Source: the human T2T-CHM13v2.0 reference genome, Homo sapiens
Strand: one strand, 5' to 3'
Assembly (NCBI RefSeq): GCF_009914755.1
Contig: NC_060942.1
Length of the DNA: 64,000 bases
Positions 26,564 to 42,800 of the stretch are shown piece by piece. The notes under the pieces were generated by a model. It did no database searches. It was not told the DNA's origin and saw only the letters and a list, made by a program, of their open reading frames with translations. The position numbers and the translations under genes are program-made. The number at the start of each line of letters is the position of its first letter. Position 1 is the first letter of the stretch.

Positions 26564-27176
26564 TGTATTGTTACTGTTTTTAACACTAATCCTAGGACTG
26601 TAAATTGGGGTGAAAATCAATGTTCTGAATTTAACTTTATGTTTAATGTTTTAATTTAATGTTTAAAATTTAGTGTTAACTTTCTCCCTCTATAGCATCT
26701 GGATCTCAGCTTCATTTGGTCAGAGGTGATTTGACTGCCAGCTTTTGTCTTCCTTGACTCCTTCGGGTAGGACTGGGTGGCAACACCCCATTTTGGGTCA
26801 TCTGAATTCAACTCCTGACTCAATTACAGCCATGGTGTCTGCAGAGGTCATACTCAGATAGATCATTATTTATTGTATGTCATCTTAGCACTTTAATATG
26901 ATAGGTTGACTCTTTGTAAATAGTCACTAAGTATGGCTTCAGGGGTCTGTGTAGTCTCTAAAGTTTGGTGGTAAACTAATAAATATCATCCAGGACCAGC
27001 TGCTGCAGTCAGACATTTGTGGCTTAAAAGAATGACCAGAAGGTAATTGGAACATCAACTTCAATCCCATTACTAACATAAAAATAGTCTTGTAGAATCT
27101 CTCACTTTTTTTGATCAGTAACTTAAAATCATTTATTGAGGAGAATTGTCAGGGTAAGAACCACCACTTTTTAATC

Positions 27177-27426
27177 AGCGTTTCTCAAAATGTTGCACTT
27201 TCAGGGGATCAGTGAGATCAAAACTATTTTTACAATAATCCTAAAATGTTATTTGCCCACTTCACTGTTTCTGTCATATGTATACAGTGTAATTTTCCAG
27301 AGCTACATAATATGTGATGATGTCATCATCCTTACAGTGAATGGAATTTGTGCATCTGTATTCTTGTGTCTTAAACTTTTCCATTGTTTTAATATGCAAT
27401 ATATAGATAGAGAATGATAAATAGAT

Positions 27427-27468
<42 letters not shown>

Positions 27469-27555
27469 ACCCGCATAAATAAAAGCATCTGGGGATCCTC
27501 AGTGACTTTCAAGAATATAAAGGAATCCCGAGACCAAAAAGTTTGAGAATGTCTG
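27177..27555 (+). mobile_element. Charlie1-family hAT DNA transposon remnant
   Basis: cagcgtttctcaaa...gatcaaaactatttttacaataat...ttttccagagctacat...gagaccaaaaagtttgagaatgtctg, with matching terminal inverted repeats. Confidence 0.8.
27427..27466. repeat. (GATA)10 tetranucleotide STR
   Basis: Ten perfect GATA units with degenerate units upstream. Confidence 0.97.
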
Positions 27556-27769
27556 ATATAGTTATTGCAAAGCATGTTTTGCTACTTGTATTGTTAGACT
27601 CTATAAGGTAAATTATTTTTCAATGTCTCCTCAATTCGTAATCATTATATAAACTGATGAAAGGCTGCCTTATTGCTTATCTTTCAGAAAGACAGTAAGA
27701 ATTGTCATATGCACACTTACTATGTACTCACACGAATAAACAATAAAAATTTTTTAAAAAGGAAAGAAA

Positions 27770-27950
27770 TACTGGACTTTTACTTAACCTCTCGTGTCTC
27801 AGTTTCCTTCTCTGTAAAATGGAGATGGCAATTCCAGTTATGTCACATGATGGTTAAATGTAAATGAGGTAGCACACTTGAGGCACTTGGAATACTACTT
27901 AGCACATGGTAGCACTCAACAAGTGTTAACAAGTAACTATCACCATTATC
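27770..27950 (+). mobile_element. MIR
   Basis: ttacttaacctctcgtgtctcagtttccttctctgtaaaatggagat (MIR core) ... agcacatggtagcactcaacaagtgttaac. Confidence 0.85.
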
Positions 27951-28009
27951 TCTACCCATTGACTACAGTGTAATGAGAGCTTAAATGTAAAACTGGGGTC
28001 CAAATTTTT

Positions 28010-28230
28010 CTTCTGAGATTCATCCTCGTTGTTGCAAATGATAGGATTTACTTCTTTTTTAAGGCTGAATAGTAGCCATTGTATGGATAATACTCATTGT
28101 GTGTATACTATTTATACCATTCATTACATGGACACTATCCACTGTGTCCATATATATATATATGTATATCACATTTTCTTTTTATCCATTCATTAGTTGA
28201 TGGACATTTAGTTTGATTCATTATTTTGGA
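28010..28230 (-). mobile_element. L1MA 3' fragment
   Basis: ttcatcctcgttgttgcaaatgataggatttacttcttttttaaggctgaatagta...atccattcattagttgatggacatttag. Confidence 0.8.
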
Positions 28231-30997
28231 AATAACAAGAAAGCCTAAGAGAGAGTTTAATTTTATATCTGCATGTATTTTTGCACAGCAATTTGGGGAA
28301 TATTTTTCATTCTTTAAGTCATTAAATACAACTTTGGGCTTTGTAATTGTTCTCTAGCTATTTAGTTGGATTAGTTGGGGATGGCAGAACACAGAGTGGG
28401 AACAATATTTCAAAGAGAAAAGGTAGGAATAGTGAAGATTTGGTAGTCTTATTGGAATATGGACAGAAGAATTTGACCTATAACTTTAGGTTATTCCTTG
28501 GTTGGACTGTTTATTCTAACTCTAGAAAAAGGAGTAGAGGCTGAAGTGCTTACCATATGTCATGGTCAATTATTTGGAATTTTAAGGCCAAAATGTGCTT
28601 CCAAATTCTGAACATTCACTTTCACTCCAATTTATGGTCCTAGGATTAGTGTAACAAACAGTAACAATATAGACAAATGACTTTCTGTTTTTAAGTCAGG
28701 TCCAGTTTGCTGAAGATAATGATTTGTGACATGAACCTGAAGAAGCTGCAGTAATTGACATAGTCCAAACTACCAATCTGATTATAGTGCTCTCAATTGC
28801 AGCTTTCTCTTAAACTAATTCTATCTTGAACTTGAGGAATGATGTCATAGTGTCTCACTGTATACATTTTCCATGTATACAAAGAAGAAACAATATCCAC
28901 TGACATTTTACATGTAAAGATCTGAATGGAGAATGTGGATGATTTTCATGTTCAGATAATCCACAATTATATTAAGTTGGAATTGGGTCATAGCCCTGAG
29001 AATATCTGAATTCTTCCTTCAACTAGTTTCCAAAGAGGAAAATGCAAGTAAAGTACATGTTGCTATTTACTGGGCATTGCCCTAACCAAGAGAGAGTTTG
29101 GTGGCACCCAGGGAATCCTTTTCTTAAATTATGCAGGCAGAGTACCAGAATGACAGGCAGTCCACATACCTATTTTGCCTAGTTCCAGTTTGAGACCTGG
29201 TGCCATGTTAGGTATTGAAAATAAAAAGATGCATAAGCCAAATTCTTTCCCTGAAGGAGCTTACTTTTTAATAGGTGATTACTGATGGTGCCAATGCAGT
29301 TATTTTTATGAGATACACTGATGACTAACATAAATAGTTTTCTTGAGTTGTGCTAACATTTGGGTTCACCTAATTTCTTTCAAATTTTTATTAAACTGTG
29401 GTTTCCTCAGGGTTATGTATGTGGCAGAGTAATGATTGGCCAACACAAAAGAGGAGGTGGTGACTGCATTGTGGCAGTATACGGTTCACAACTTCTATCA
29501 TTTGTGAATTCATAACAATTTTGAAAGACTTGAAGTTTTGAAAAATGAAATTAAAGATATTTTTCCATTAAATATAAAATATTTGCATCTTCATTTAAGG
29601 AAGATATCTGTTATCATACTGTCCTAATCTAAAACAAATTATTTAAATAAATAATCCATAAAAATCAATAATGTCTTCACTCTGTCTATAGTAGTCCTCT
29701 ACTATAATTTTCCAAAAGCATGAGCAAGGTGTCATTGCTAGCTTCAAGGCATTAGATTTTAAAGACTATTTCCATGAGTCAAGAAAACAGAATTAATTTT
29801 TGGTGTTAAATAAAAGCTATGGTGAGAAAAATAATATTAAGAATTGTTAAGAAATCCCTGTAATTTTTCACATAAAGTCTAGCTCTAAAGGAAAGAATAG
29901 TATTTTTTTAATATAAGAAAATGACCAGTACTTGGGAATGTAATTTAAGGCTCTGTATATCCATGCCTCTACTTGAACACTTACTATTTTAAATTGCATT
30001 TAGTCATCAGCACTGCTGATTTTAGGCAAGAGGTTTGACTCTTAGGGGCTCAAAATGTGTTGGTCAAATGCTGGTTTAGTACTGAAATTCAATCTATGTT
30101 TCTAAATCCCTTTTAAACAGAAGAGCACATTTCTGGAATGTTAGCTTCTTTATAAAGTATGGATCTCAAATTTGTTCTTGTTCATTCTTTTTGTTGTTGT
30201 TGCTGTTCATTTGTCTAGCCCCTTCCTTTACAGACATACCCAGAATAAAAAGGTTGTAACTTACATTCTCGATGATAAAGCTGACAGTGATGCCAATTAA
30301 CATGAATTAGGCTAACTTGTGAAAGTCCCAAATTGCTGGCAGTATTGGAGCCTTTACAATGAAAATCAATGAGTTAAATTGGCTAGAACAAATAAGGTGA
30401 CAAAGGGTAATGATGAGTGGCAGAGAGAAAGAGAACCTGCAATTTAGGAACCAATAAACCCATTGCATTTAGCTTAGCATAAAAACTTGATGAGATATAT
30501 TAGATAGTTAATCATATGTATTAAAAGTGGTAGCCAAGGATTTTATTTTCTCTAGTGAAGTTAAAAAGAGGGCTTCTTATTGAGTATTTTACTTCGATGA
30601 AAAATTGAGTTCTTGTTCAAATTAGAATTAAGGAAAAGCCATTTGCCAAGGACATGTAGGAGATTAAGCTGGATAATCAGAGCACTTCCAGGAAAATGTT
30701 TCATTCTCACCAGAATGAAATGGAATCAATTGTTTATTAGCAGCGTAACTGTGAACAGGGTGTTCTTGATGCTTATGTGAGAAGTGTTTTAAGGATCTGA
30801 TTTGATAAATACAAAACTAACTATGATTCTTCACCATTGAGCCATTGCAGAAAAGAGTGTAAAATCTTTACTTCTGAGTCCTTATTTTAGTTGGAAGGTC
30901 ATAAAACAGTGTGTGAATATGGGGGTTAAATTTGGGGAGATAGGATTTCTCAGGACTTCTACAAGTAGTCCTTCTTCTTTTGCCCCTGTGATATCAG

Positions 30998-31161
30998 AGA
31001 CACTGAACTTGATGACGACTGGATGGGGCTGAAATCAATGATTGATGTTTTCTAAGCAAACCATCAGTTTTGCACATCCATTATTACCATCAACACATCC
31101 ATGCCCATCCCCAACTCAGAGGTTCAACGCCAAATATTGAAAATCCTGTGACAAGCAACTG
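30998..31161 (+). other. Candidate non-coding exon (164 nt)
   Basis: cttcttcttttgcccctgtgatatcag|AGACAC...CAACTG|gtaagt; all three frames contain stops. Confidence 0.25.
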
Positions 31162-31611
31162 GTAAGTGGTAAGAAAGCCTCTTCATACTAATTCTGAAAG
31201 CTACTAAAAGTATTTTAGGCTGCAAGATACTTAAACAACCACACCAGGACACATAGTTATATGCCATCAGTTGACCATTGGATTAAGATCTAGCAAACTC
31301 CTATGATGCTTAGACACAAATCTGAGGATTTCCAGAGAGAATCTGGAAATTATGGGATGGAGAAGCCTGCCCCAGCACGTCGACTTTGTTCCCTCTCTCT
31401 TTTTCTTTCTGCCTCCCAAAAGAACAATGGATGGAGAATTAACTTACTGGGTGTCTCAGGTAGCAAAATGGAAACAATACTGGCCCCAAAGTAGGTAGTA
31501 AGGAAACCCCTTCTGTACCAGAAACACCTGTGTTCAGGGGATCTTGGCATATGGCAGTGACTCAGACCCACGCCCGGATGTGGATTTGCCATAAAGTTAC
31601 TTGCTTTCTTA

Positions 31612-31924
31612 AATTTAATTTTATTATTTATTTATTTATTTATTTGAGACAGGGTCTCACTCTGTCACACAGGCTGGAGTGCAGGTGCTATCTTGACTCA
31701 CTGAAGCCTCCAACTCCTAAGCTCAAGCAGTCTTCCCACTTTAGCCTCCTGAGTAGCTGAGACTACAGGTGTGCACCACCATGCCCAGCTAATTTTTGTA
31801 TTTTTAGTCGAGATGGGATTTTGCCATGTCGCCTAGGCTGGTCTCGAACTCCTGGGCTCAAGCGACCCATCTGCCTCAGCCTCCCAAAGTGCCAGGATTA
31901 CAAGCACGAGCCACCATGCCCAGC
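31612..31924 (-). mobile_element. AluJ
   Basis: Reverse Alu with J diagnostics (gagacagggtctcactctgtc, ctcctgggctcaagcga). Confidence 0.92.
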
Positions 31925-32295
31925 TGCTACACGCCTTTGCGTCAATGTTCTTCACTTGCAGAAACCCAATCTAAGCTTCTGGTAGAGGCTGTAGAAATGT
32001 TTATAGGATAATATGTCCTGGTACATTTGCAAATACAAAATAGTCAAACTGAAATTGGCTAAGATTCCATTTTCTTTCCAATTTTCCCTTCCTCACCCTT
32101 TCCTTCATTTCAGGGGGCATTGGAGTAGCAATGAATGTTTTAGGGATCTGTAGAAACATTGACTTGGGGAAATATTTAGTTGCCTTTTAGTGGAATACAT
32201 GTGGCTAGGAGTTCCTTCTGTGAGGCGCTGAACAACAGTCAGGCAGGCATATAATGGTGTTGCTGTTATGAAGGAGAAGAGCCAGGGGCCCTGTG

Positions 32296-32452
32296 CAGGG
32301 CCAGCTTTGCAGTCATGTTACCTGTATGATTTACACAGTTCCCGGCACTTAGAAGGGTCCTGCGCTAGCTTAACTGTCTGCCATCACTTTATCAGAATTG
32401 TTAATGCTTTTTGGACAAAAGGCTGCACATGTTATGTAGGCAGTTCCGGCTG
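32296..32452 (+). mobile_element. MER91-like hAT-Tip100 MITE
   Basis: cagggccagctttgcagtcatgttacctgt...cacttagaagggtcctgcgct. Confidence 0.55.
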
Positions 32453-32559
32453 CAAGCACCCTTTAAAACAATAATCAAGGTACAGAAAGTGTGCCCCATT
32501 CAGCTCTTCCTTGGCGTCATTCAAGACAAAGGGTGACTCTGCAAGTGGCTGACTAATTC

Positions 32560-33738
32560 AGCATTTTCTTATAGATACATGTTTTCATTTCAAGTTGTTT
32601 ATCACGTAGATGGAATCCTTTAAATACACATATTAATGTGGATTTTCTTTAAATTTCAAGTGTAATGAGATTGCACATTTTAAGACTGTTCAAAGTTTAT
32701 ATTATGAGTAAAACAGCCTTTCAAGCTCTCTAAAATAAAATTTCAGAGAAGAGACGAATATGAAAGAGGTGACAGAGTTACTCAAAAAGTTGTTAAGGGT
32801 CAAATAAACCATTGAACTGAAAATATAAAAGAATCTTTGGAAAGTTTCTATGAAAACAGTAGAAGAGAACACACTTCTGGTTTTGAGGTATATGATTGTA
32901 ATTTTAAAATTGAATTACTAAATATATAAGAAAAATTCAGATAAATGATAAAATCAATAGAAATTATCCTAGAATCTAGAAATTAATGGTAAGAAAACAA
33001 TTTTCAGATCATACTCAAAGCAGTGATTCATTAGAAAGAAAAGAAAAATTTCACATAAATTAATGAGTAAGCTCCTGATTTAGTAGTAATACAATTATTT
33101 AACAAGAATAAATTGTCTATATAACATATATAATTGTATACAATATAATTTTATACAATTTTATACTACTAATTATATGAATCTATATAATTAGTTACTG
33201 CACAAGCAAATTTGAAGTGTACTAAAATCTTAGTTTGTAAATGTAAGAAACTCAATAGGCATTCTCAAATTTAGCAACTTTGGAAAAAGTTTACATGAAG
33301 TGACCAATAATAAATAATAAAGCTGAAAAAAGCTCTCCTATATTATCAATTTTTAAAGCTTCAATGAGGCTTTCTAGGGGGAAGGTAATTATCTTTTTAT
33401 TCTACATATAGCAATTATTACAATTATTACAAAATGTCATGTTGTCATATGAAGAGGCTCTCACACGGTATGTAGCTAAATATGTAGTAAAAATATTACC
33501 AAGATGTGTCAGTAAGCCAGTTAGTGAACCACACTGTGCTATTTTTCCCAGTTTTGGTGTTATCTGTGGTAGTGAGCTACTTAAAATTTGTAATTTTTTG
33601 TTACTTCCTTTCTCATTTTAAGTAAATATTTAAAACATTAATTTGATATTTTTAATTTTGTATTTTTCTTCAAGTGTTAGCAGCCCCTTCCCTAATATTA
33701 TAATCTCTAGGTCTCACAAAACTTGGCACCACCCCTGT
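32560..33738. mobile_element. Old hAT (Tip100-like) transposon remnant
   Basis: Decayed hAT dimerisation-domain-like coding stretch at ~33270-33460; terminal cacaaaacttggcaccacccctg. Confidence 0.45.
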
Positions 33739-34149
33739 CCAGTTCAGCAAGTTAGTGAAAAAATGAGAATACTGGGTCTGGTTTTCTGGTGCTAGAGCCA
33801 GTGGTTTAAACTGATACCCTGACCAAAAACTTCATTAGGATCCTGTAGACACTGTTTAATTGTAAAATAAATGAGTATCCGGAAGAGAAGAATTGCCCCA
33901 TTCCACTGCCTTGCGTTCTTAAACCTTGAGCTTTTCAAGAGACAGTTGACAGTGTACTCAATTTTGTAAATAAATGAGGTGGAAGAGACCCATGAATTAC
34001 AAGGGATACGTTAACCATGAACATCATCTAATCCAAACTGTTTTCTTTGTAAATGAGGCAAATGAGGTCCAGAGATATCACATAAATGAAATAAATAGCT
34101 GGTACCAGAATGTAGGTTTAATTCCCTTCCCCGTTCTTTTCAAACCATT

Positions 34150-35950
34150 CACTTCACACATTCATTCAACTGAGGGCTTATTGAATGCCCAGCACTGTGT
34201 AAGGTATTAGAGATTGAGCAGCAAGCAAAACAGACAATTCCTGTCTGAGGAGCCCCTATTCTAGTATGGAAGGCAGCTAATCAAGAAGAGTAAAGTGTAT
34301 TAAATACTACTGGCACAGGGATTTCAACCTTTCTACCCCCATACGCAGTGCTTGACACGTTTATGCTAGAGCCTTATAAATAAGACCAGCAACTGTGGCT
34401 ATTTTGAATCATCTGGAAAACTCTGCACCATTCTCCTAAGAAAATAGAATACCAAGTACTCAAGGGTCATCAACAACTAGTGATCAAGTCAAGTCCTAAT
34501 TCTTACTTAATTTGAAGATTTTATTTTATTAAAGTCATTTTACTGGAAATTTAAATATGAAAGTTTTGTAGTAACACTGAATTTCTGATGAAGTCTTGAC
34601 AATTTAAAGTTGACAACAAATGCCAAAAAATATTTTTTAAAAAAACTCCTGAGTGTACATTTAAAGCAGTACAAATAAAGATTGACATCAATATTTGTAT
34701 AGACAAATAATGGGCAAGGTTGGCATTCACTATAAGTCAAAAAATAAAATGTGCTATGCTCCCAAAATATGAAGACCCAAATAACTGACACTAAAAGACA
34801 GAATATTGTTTTTACTAGACTATGTGGAGAAATGCAATCCAAAAGGACTGGCAAAGTCATTGTAGAAGACTAATATGGGATTTAGCTAGAAGCTCTGGGA
34901 CAAAAGTTTAGATAATTCTAAGGTAAAATATACTAATAATTTTTTTGCCGTAAGTGCTTAATGTCAATTACCTATCCCTCCTGGGACTGAAGTTCTGGGT
35001 GAGATAGTGTCACGTTCATTGGTAATTGGACCCTGTGAAGATATGTCTTTTAATCTGAATGAGTATTTAATTGACTGATTTTTCTTTGTTTTTAACAAAG
35101 GAACATGAAAGCAAAGGCAAGTAGCGAGCTTGAAAAGGGTAGAAAGCCCATTCAAATATATGTACAGCACAGAGTCTAAGAAAATGAAAAGACTCTAAAA
35201 TAAAGCTGTTCACTGGGGGCATTAGAGTTGTGAAAGCCAAAAAGTTCTTTTTCAGTAGTTAACAAATGTTTTGTTACTGCAAACTATGTGCCAGATCCTG
35301 CCCACGTAGACTGACAATAACACGTAAATTATAGGGTACCTTAGAAGGTGTTAAATGCTAAGGAAATGAAGAAAGAGTAGAGTAGGATCAATGTGAGGGG
35401 AGTGCAATGGTGGGGGTTAGAGTTGTTCGAAATTTTAAATAAAATGATGAGGGTGGGTCTCATTGAGAAAGTGACCTTTAAACCAAAACCCAGAGGAGGT
35501 AGTCATGGAGACATGGGGATATGGGGGTGGATGGGAGAGCATTCCAGAAAGTCATGCAAAGCCCCTAAAATGAAAGCATGACCAATGTGTTTAAAAAACA
35601 GAAGGGCCAATGTGCCTGCAAAAGAACTTTTTTTTCTTAAAAAATAAATATTTGATCAAATGGAGGTGTGAAAAGGCAAAATCTTTGATTTCCAAAAATA
35701 AAACAGGTTCAACAGTTGGGCAAGACTGGAAATTGATTAGAATAAATGAAGCGCATTCTCAAAAGCATGGAGGCATGAAGCACATGGCGAGATCAGGTAA
35801 GGGTGAATGGCTAGCTAGAACTAGACTGCAGGTTTCATGATAGGGACATGTAGAAAAAATGGGGTGAAAACATGGAGCAAAAGTTCTCATATAATGCAGT
35901 TTGAATTTTTTCTTACAGGTGATGAGGAAGCCATTGAAGACTGAGTTTTT
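34150..35950 (-). mobile_element. L2 fragments (34150-34310, 35250-35580, 35730-35950)
   Basis: cattcattcaactgagggcttattgaatgccc; gtctcattgagaaagtgaccttt; gaggaagccattgaag. Confidence 0.55.
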
Positions 35951-36508
35951 AAAAATAAATGAATATGTGGCAATTTTATAATCATGATGAATTATAAAAT
36001 AGAGAAGTGAGATGTTGTCAGGTTTGTTTGTTTTTATTATTTTTAAAACGGTTCTAGTGGATATGTAGTGGTATCCCTTAAAGATGTTGAAATTATTTTT
36101 CTATGCATACTGGCTATTTGCAGAATTTCTTTTGTCAAATCTCTGTTTAAATCTTTTAGCCAATTTTTATTGGGTTGTTTTGGGAAAAGTTCTTTATATA
36201 TAATGCACACAAGTCTTTTGTCAGATATATGGTGAATATCTTCTCCCCGTAACATGACTTTCCTTTTCATTTTCTTAAGGTATTTTTTGAAGAGCAGCCA
36301 AGTTTTAATTTTGAAGTCCTACTATCAACTGTTTTTTATGGTTCATGATTTTTTTTTTTGTTCTATCCACAAATCTTTGCTACCCCAAGGTTGCAAACAT
36401 TTTCTCCTATGCTTTTTTTTAGGACTTTTATAGTCATGACCTTTACCTTTATGCCTATGATCTGTTTGGAGTTAAATTTTATGTATGGTGTGTAAGAGTA
36501 AGGATTTA

Positions 36509-37619
<1,111 letters not shown>

Positions 37620-37819
37620 GATTTATTTTTCTATTCCAGTAATATTTGTTGAAAATATTTTTTGTTCTCCATGTAATTACCATAGCATCTTTGTTAAAAA
37701 GTATTCAACCCTATGTTTGGGGTGTATTTCCAGATTCTGTATTCTGTTCCATTGATCTATTTTTCTATCATTAAGGCAAAATCACATTGTTTAGATTACT
37801 GTAAGTTTATAGTAACTGG

Positions 37820-38715
<896 letters not shown>

Positions 38716-39181
38716 AAGTTAAAACAGTTAACTAAATGAAAGTATCTAAAATTCACTGTAACCTTTCAAATTGAACTTGTTATTTTCACTCCTACCTGAA
38801 CACTCAGTATATCACACCCTATTTGTGTGCACGGCACCATTATGTTAGTCACTCAAGCATTTTGTGAAAGAGGTGGCCCTGGAGACAAAAGGGCACACAA
38901 TATAAAATAATATTAACATCGAAGGAAATAATAGATACATGTTACCTGTGAATAAGAAGTTTAGCTTACTGTTACTAAAACATAATGGGCTAGAAAAAAA
39001 TACAGATGTGTTCCTCAAATTTTAAGTTACTATTTTTATCACCACAAATTTCAGACACACTCAAAACTTGTATATATAGAACTAACAGAAGGGTCTAAGT
39101 CTTCAAAACATAGTTTGCTGAGATTTCATGAATACCAAAAAACATTATTTCATATAACATATTGTAGTTTTTATTATTTTA

Positions 39182-39550
<369 letters not shown>

Positions 39551-39879
39551 TCAAGGGGAGCTATATTTTTGTCAGAGATAAATTTTTAAGGAATTAGGTT
39601 GAATGCAAATAATGTCTTGAACCTTTTCTAAATCATCCATCACAATGTTGGAGTAGAAAATGGGACCCCCAGTAAAATCGCAGAACTTAACTAGGTATAA
39701 GCAGTAATGCCGCGCAGAGGTTAAGACTTTCTTCACACCAGCAGCCAAAACCACCGTCAATTCTAAACAGAATAAAAGCATTTATTTGCTATTTGATATT
39801 CAATGTCAGATATTTCAAATAAATTATCTTAACATCTAGGGGGTAGAATTGGAATGTATGGCACTGATACCTAAGACAA

Positions 39880-42800
39880 TCAGTTTGATTTCCAAAATAT
39901 CTCACCTATCCACCTACTTCTTTCCAACTTCACTGCCACCAGCCAGTCTTGGCTACCATCAGGGAGAGCCCTGTGACTGGTGCAGTGTCTCTTAGTTGAT
40001 CTTTCTGTTTCCATTCTTTCTCTCCTATAATCTATTCACCATGCATTACTCAGAATGACCTTTATAAATACAAATCACATTAGGTCATTTCTCTTCTTGA
40101 AATTCTGTAATGACTTCCCCTTGATCTTTTACTAAGATGTAAAGGCCTTATCTTATTTATAGCCTGCCCCTCTGGTTTCATCTCACGCTAATCTCCCTGT
40201 CATGTGTTAGTCTCTCTCTCTCATCCTTTCCCACTCACTCGGAGAAAATACTAAATTCTTCCCAGCCAGCACCTTTGCACCTGGCTGTTCCCTCTGCTTT
40301 TGCTTACAATGTCCTTCTCACCCCCACACCTGCCTTACCACACTTCTAATCATTAGCCTCTCATCTTTCTCTTATTGCCTTAAGTATCATCTTTAGAGCT
40401 GCGTCTTCTCTAAAATATGTAAGTATGCTTATATATTTTGCTTATGTTCTGTCATTCTATACATTCATAGATATGCTTACATTTTATCACAGTACTTTAT
40501 TTCATAGCACTAATAAAAATATGTAATTTGAAATGTATTTATTTGTATTCTTCCTTTGCCCATTCAGTTAACAAATACATACTGAGCAGCTATTACATCC
40601 CTGGCGCTTCTCCAGGCATGGTTCTAAAAGGGAACAAATCACATAAAAATCTTCATGAAGCTTATATTCTGTTATGGGGGATGGGTGTTTAAAAATATCA
40701 AAATGAAAAAGTTATATAATATATTAGAATGTTATAAACTTTGATTTTAAAAAGGGGGGCGGGTGAAGGAGCAAGGTAAAATAATTGAGAGTTCCGAGTG
40801 ATATTTGAAGAAAGATTTGAAGGATCTAAGAGGTTTGCTGTGTCAATATCTGGAGGAGTATTCCAGACAGAAGTAATGGCCAGTGAAAAAATTCTCATAC
40901 AGCAGAGCACTTACTGGATTTGAGGAAGGGCACAGAGGTCAGGTTGCTGGGAGCAAAGTGAGCAGTAGGGAAAGTAGTGATGGGATCAGTGGTAACGAGG
41001 GGCTTTATATGAGACCATGGGCGGCTTTGCAGGTCTTGGTTGGATTTGGACTTTGACCCCGGGACACATGGGGAACCACTGCAGAGTGTTGAGCACAGAG
41101 ACGACGTGATCTGACTGGCAGTGTAAAAGGATCACTCTGGCGACTCGTTAAGAAAAGACTGTAAGTGTCAGAGGAGAAATACAGAGCCCAGTTAGGAGGC
41201 TGTCTGAGTCCTAGACATGATGTTGATGGGTGAGACGGCATATAGAGGAAAGAAAAGGAAGGAAGAGCCAGCCCTGGGGACTTCTGAGATGAAGAGGATG
41301 GGGAGAAGAGTTGGAACCAGCAAAGGAAACTGAAAAAGAGCCACGACTGAGATAAAATAAAAACTTAAAGCTGATGACAAGGTGAAGAAAGAGTATCGAG
41401 GAGGGAGGAGTGGCCACACGTGTTGAAAGTGTCTGTTTTATCGTTCTTATCCCTCATTCGACTGTAAGTTATAGGAGGGCAAAAGTTCTGTCTTTCATAT
41501 ACATTATTGTATGTTACTGGGTCTCTAATTTCCAGCGTAGTGCTTGGCACATATCAAATGCTCAGTAAATAGTGAATAAAGTTAAAGATGATTATGCAAG
41601 ACTCAACCATAGAAGGATAGGCTGTGACTGAAAGCGAATACTGCATTGAAAATAAAGCAGAATGTATACACACACAGGAAAACACAAAGATTTGGGAAGA
41701 AAGTAGAGAAGCTGTGGTAAAGCTAAGTAAATGATTATAGTGATAGTATTTCCTAACACGGGCAATCCCCCAAATATATCCCGAGTCCAGACCTCTCTCC
41801 TCCACTTGAGGCATGAGTATCCAGTTGCTCACTAGGAATCACCACTAGGATGTCTATATGATTTTTCCAACTGACCCCAACCACCCTCAGATTTCCCTCA
41901 GAGTAAATGCTAAAGCTCTCACAATGGCCTAAAAGGCCCTGAGTGTTTGGTATCTGTTGCCTCTCACCTGATTCCTACCACAGCCTTCTCCTCTCACTTC
42001 TCTGCAACCATACAGGGATCCTTACTTGAAAAGGATTTACTTATTTATACTTTGGCTTAAATTGTATCATTCTCGGTGAAGACTCCTCTGATTGGGCTCT
42101 ATACAAATGCAGTTCACCCAGTGCCATCATGCCATCCAGCATCCTGGATGCTGTCCAACAGATCTGTCCTCTCTGTTGTTTTTGTTCCTAGCCCTTACCT
42201 TGTAACATTCTGGGAAATTTGCTAGGTTTTAAAAATGTTTATTGTTTATTCTCATTGTTTATTCCTTGTTATTCTCTGTTTATTCTCATTGTTTATTGTT
42301 TATTCTCTGTCTTCCCTCACTAGAAAGAAAGCTCCATAGAGGCAGAGAGATTTTCTCTTTATTATTTTCCTCTTACATTCAAGCACCTAGCATGGTGCCT
42401 GGCACATGTATTTGTTCAATGAATGAGTGCTTTTTACATTAGAATCAAGTCTATATCAGTTGTGGAAAGTCTTAGTTCATATTAAAGAGTGAAAACTTAT
42501 AGAGAGACCATGGTGTTACACTTATATTTTTGAGAGAAGTCATGTAAGGGAAATGGTGCCATATGAACCCAACTCTGTATTAAAGCTTAGCTCATGTCCT
42601 AGAGAAAGATCAGAAGCAGAGGCCAGCCAAAAGCCTATGGAAATATGTTTTGGTGTAAAGAGGAGAAGTAGGATGATGTTAGCAGGAAAAAAGAAGCAAC
42701 AGGTGTGACAGATTTTGAAGAAAAAAAATCAGACTGATTATGTTAAAAATTGTCTGAATAATTTAGACTAATTAATTAACTAAGGCTAATTAATTAAGAC

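Noticed and set aside
34315-34960. Possible Charlie-type transposase remnant
   Set aside because: Too degenerate to support by eye.
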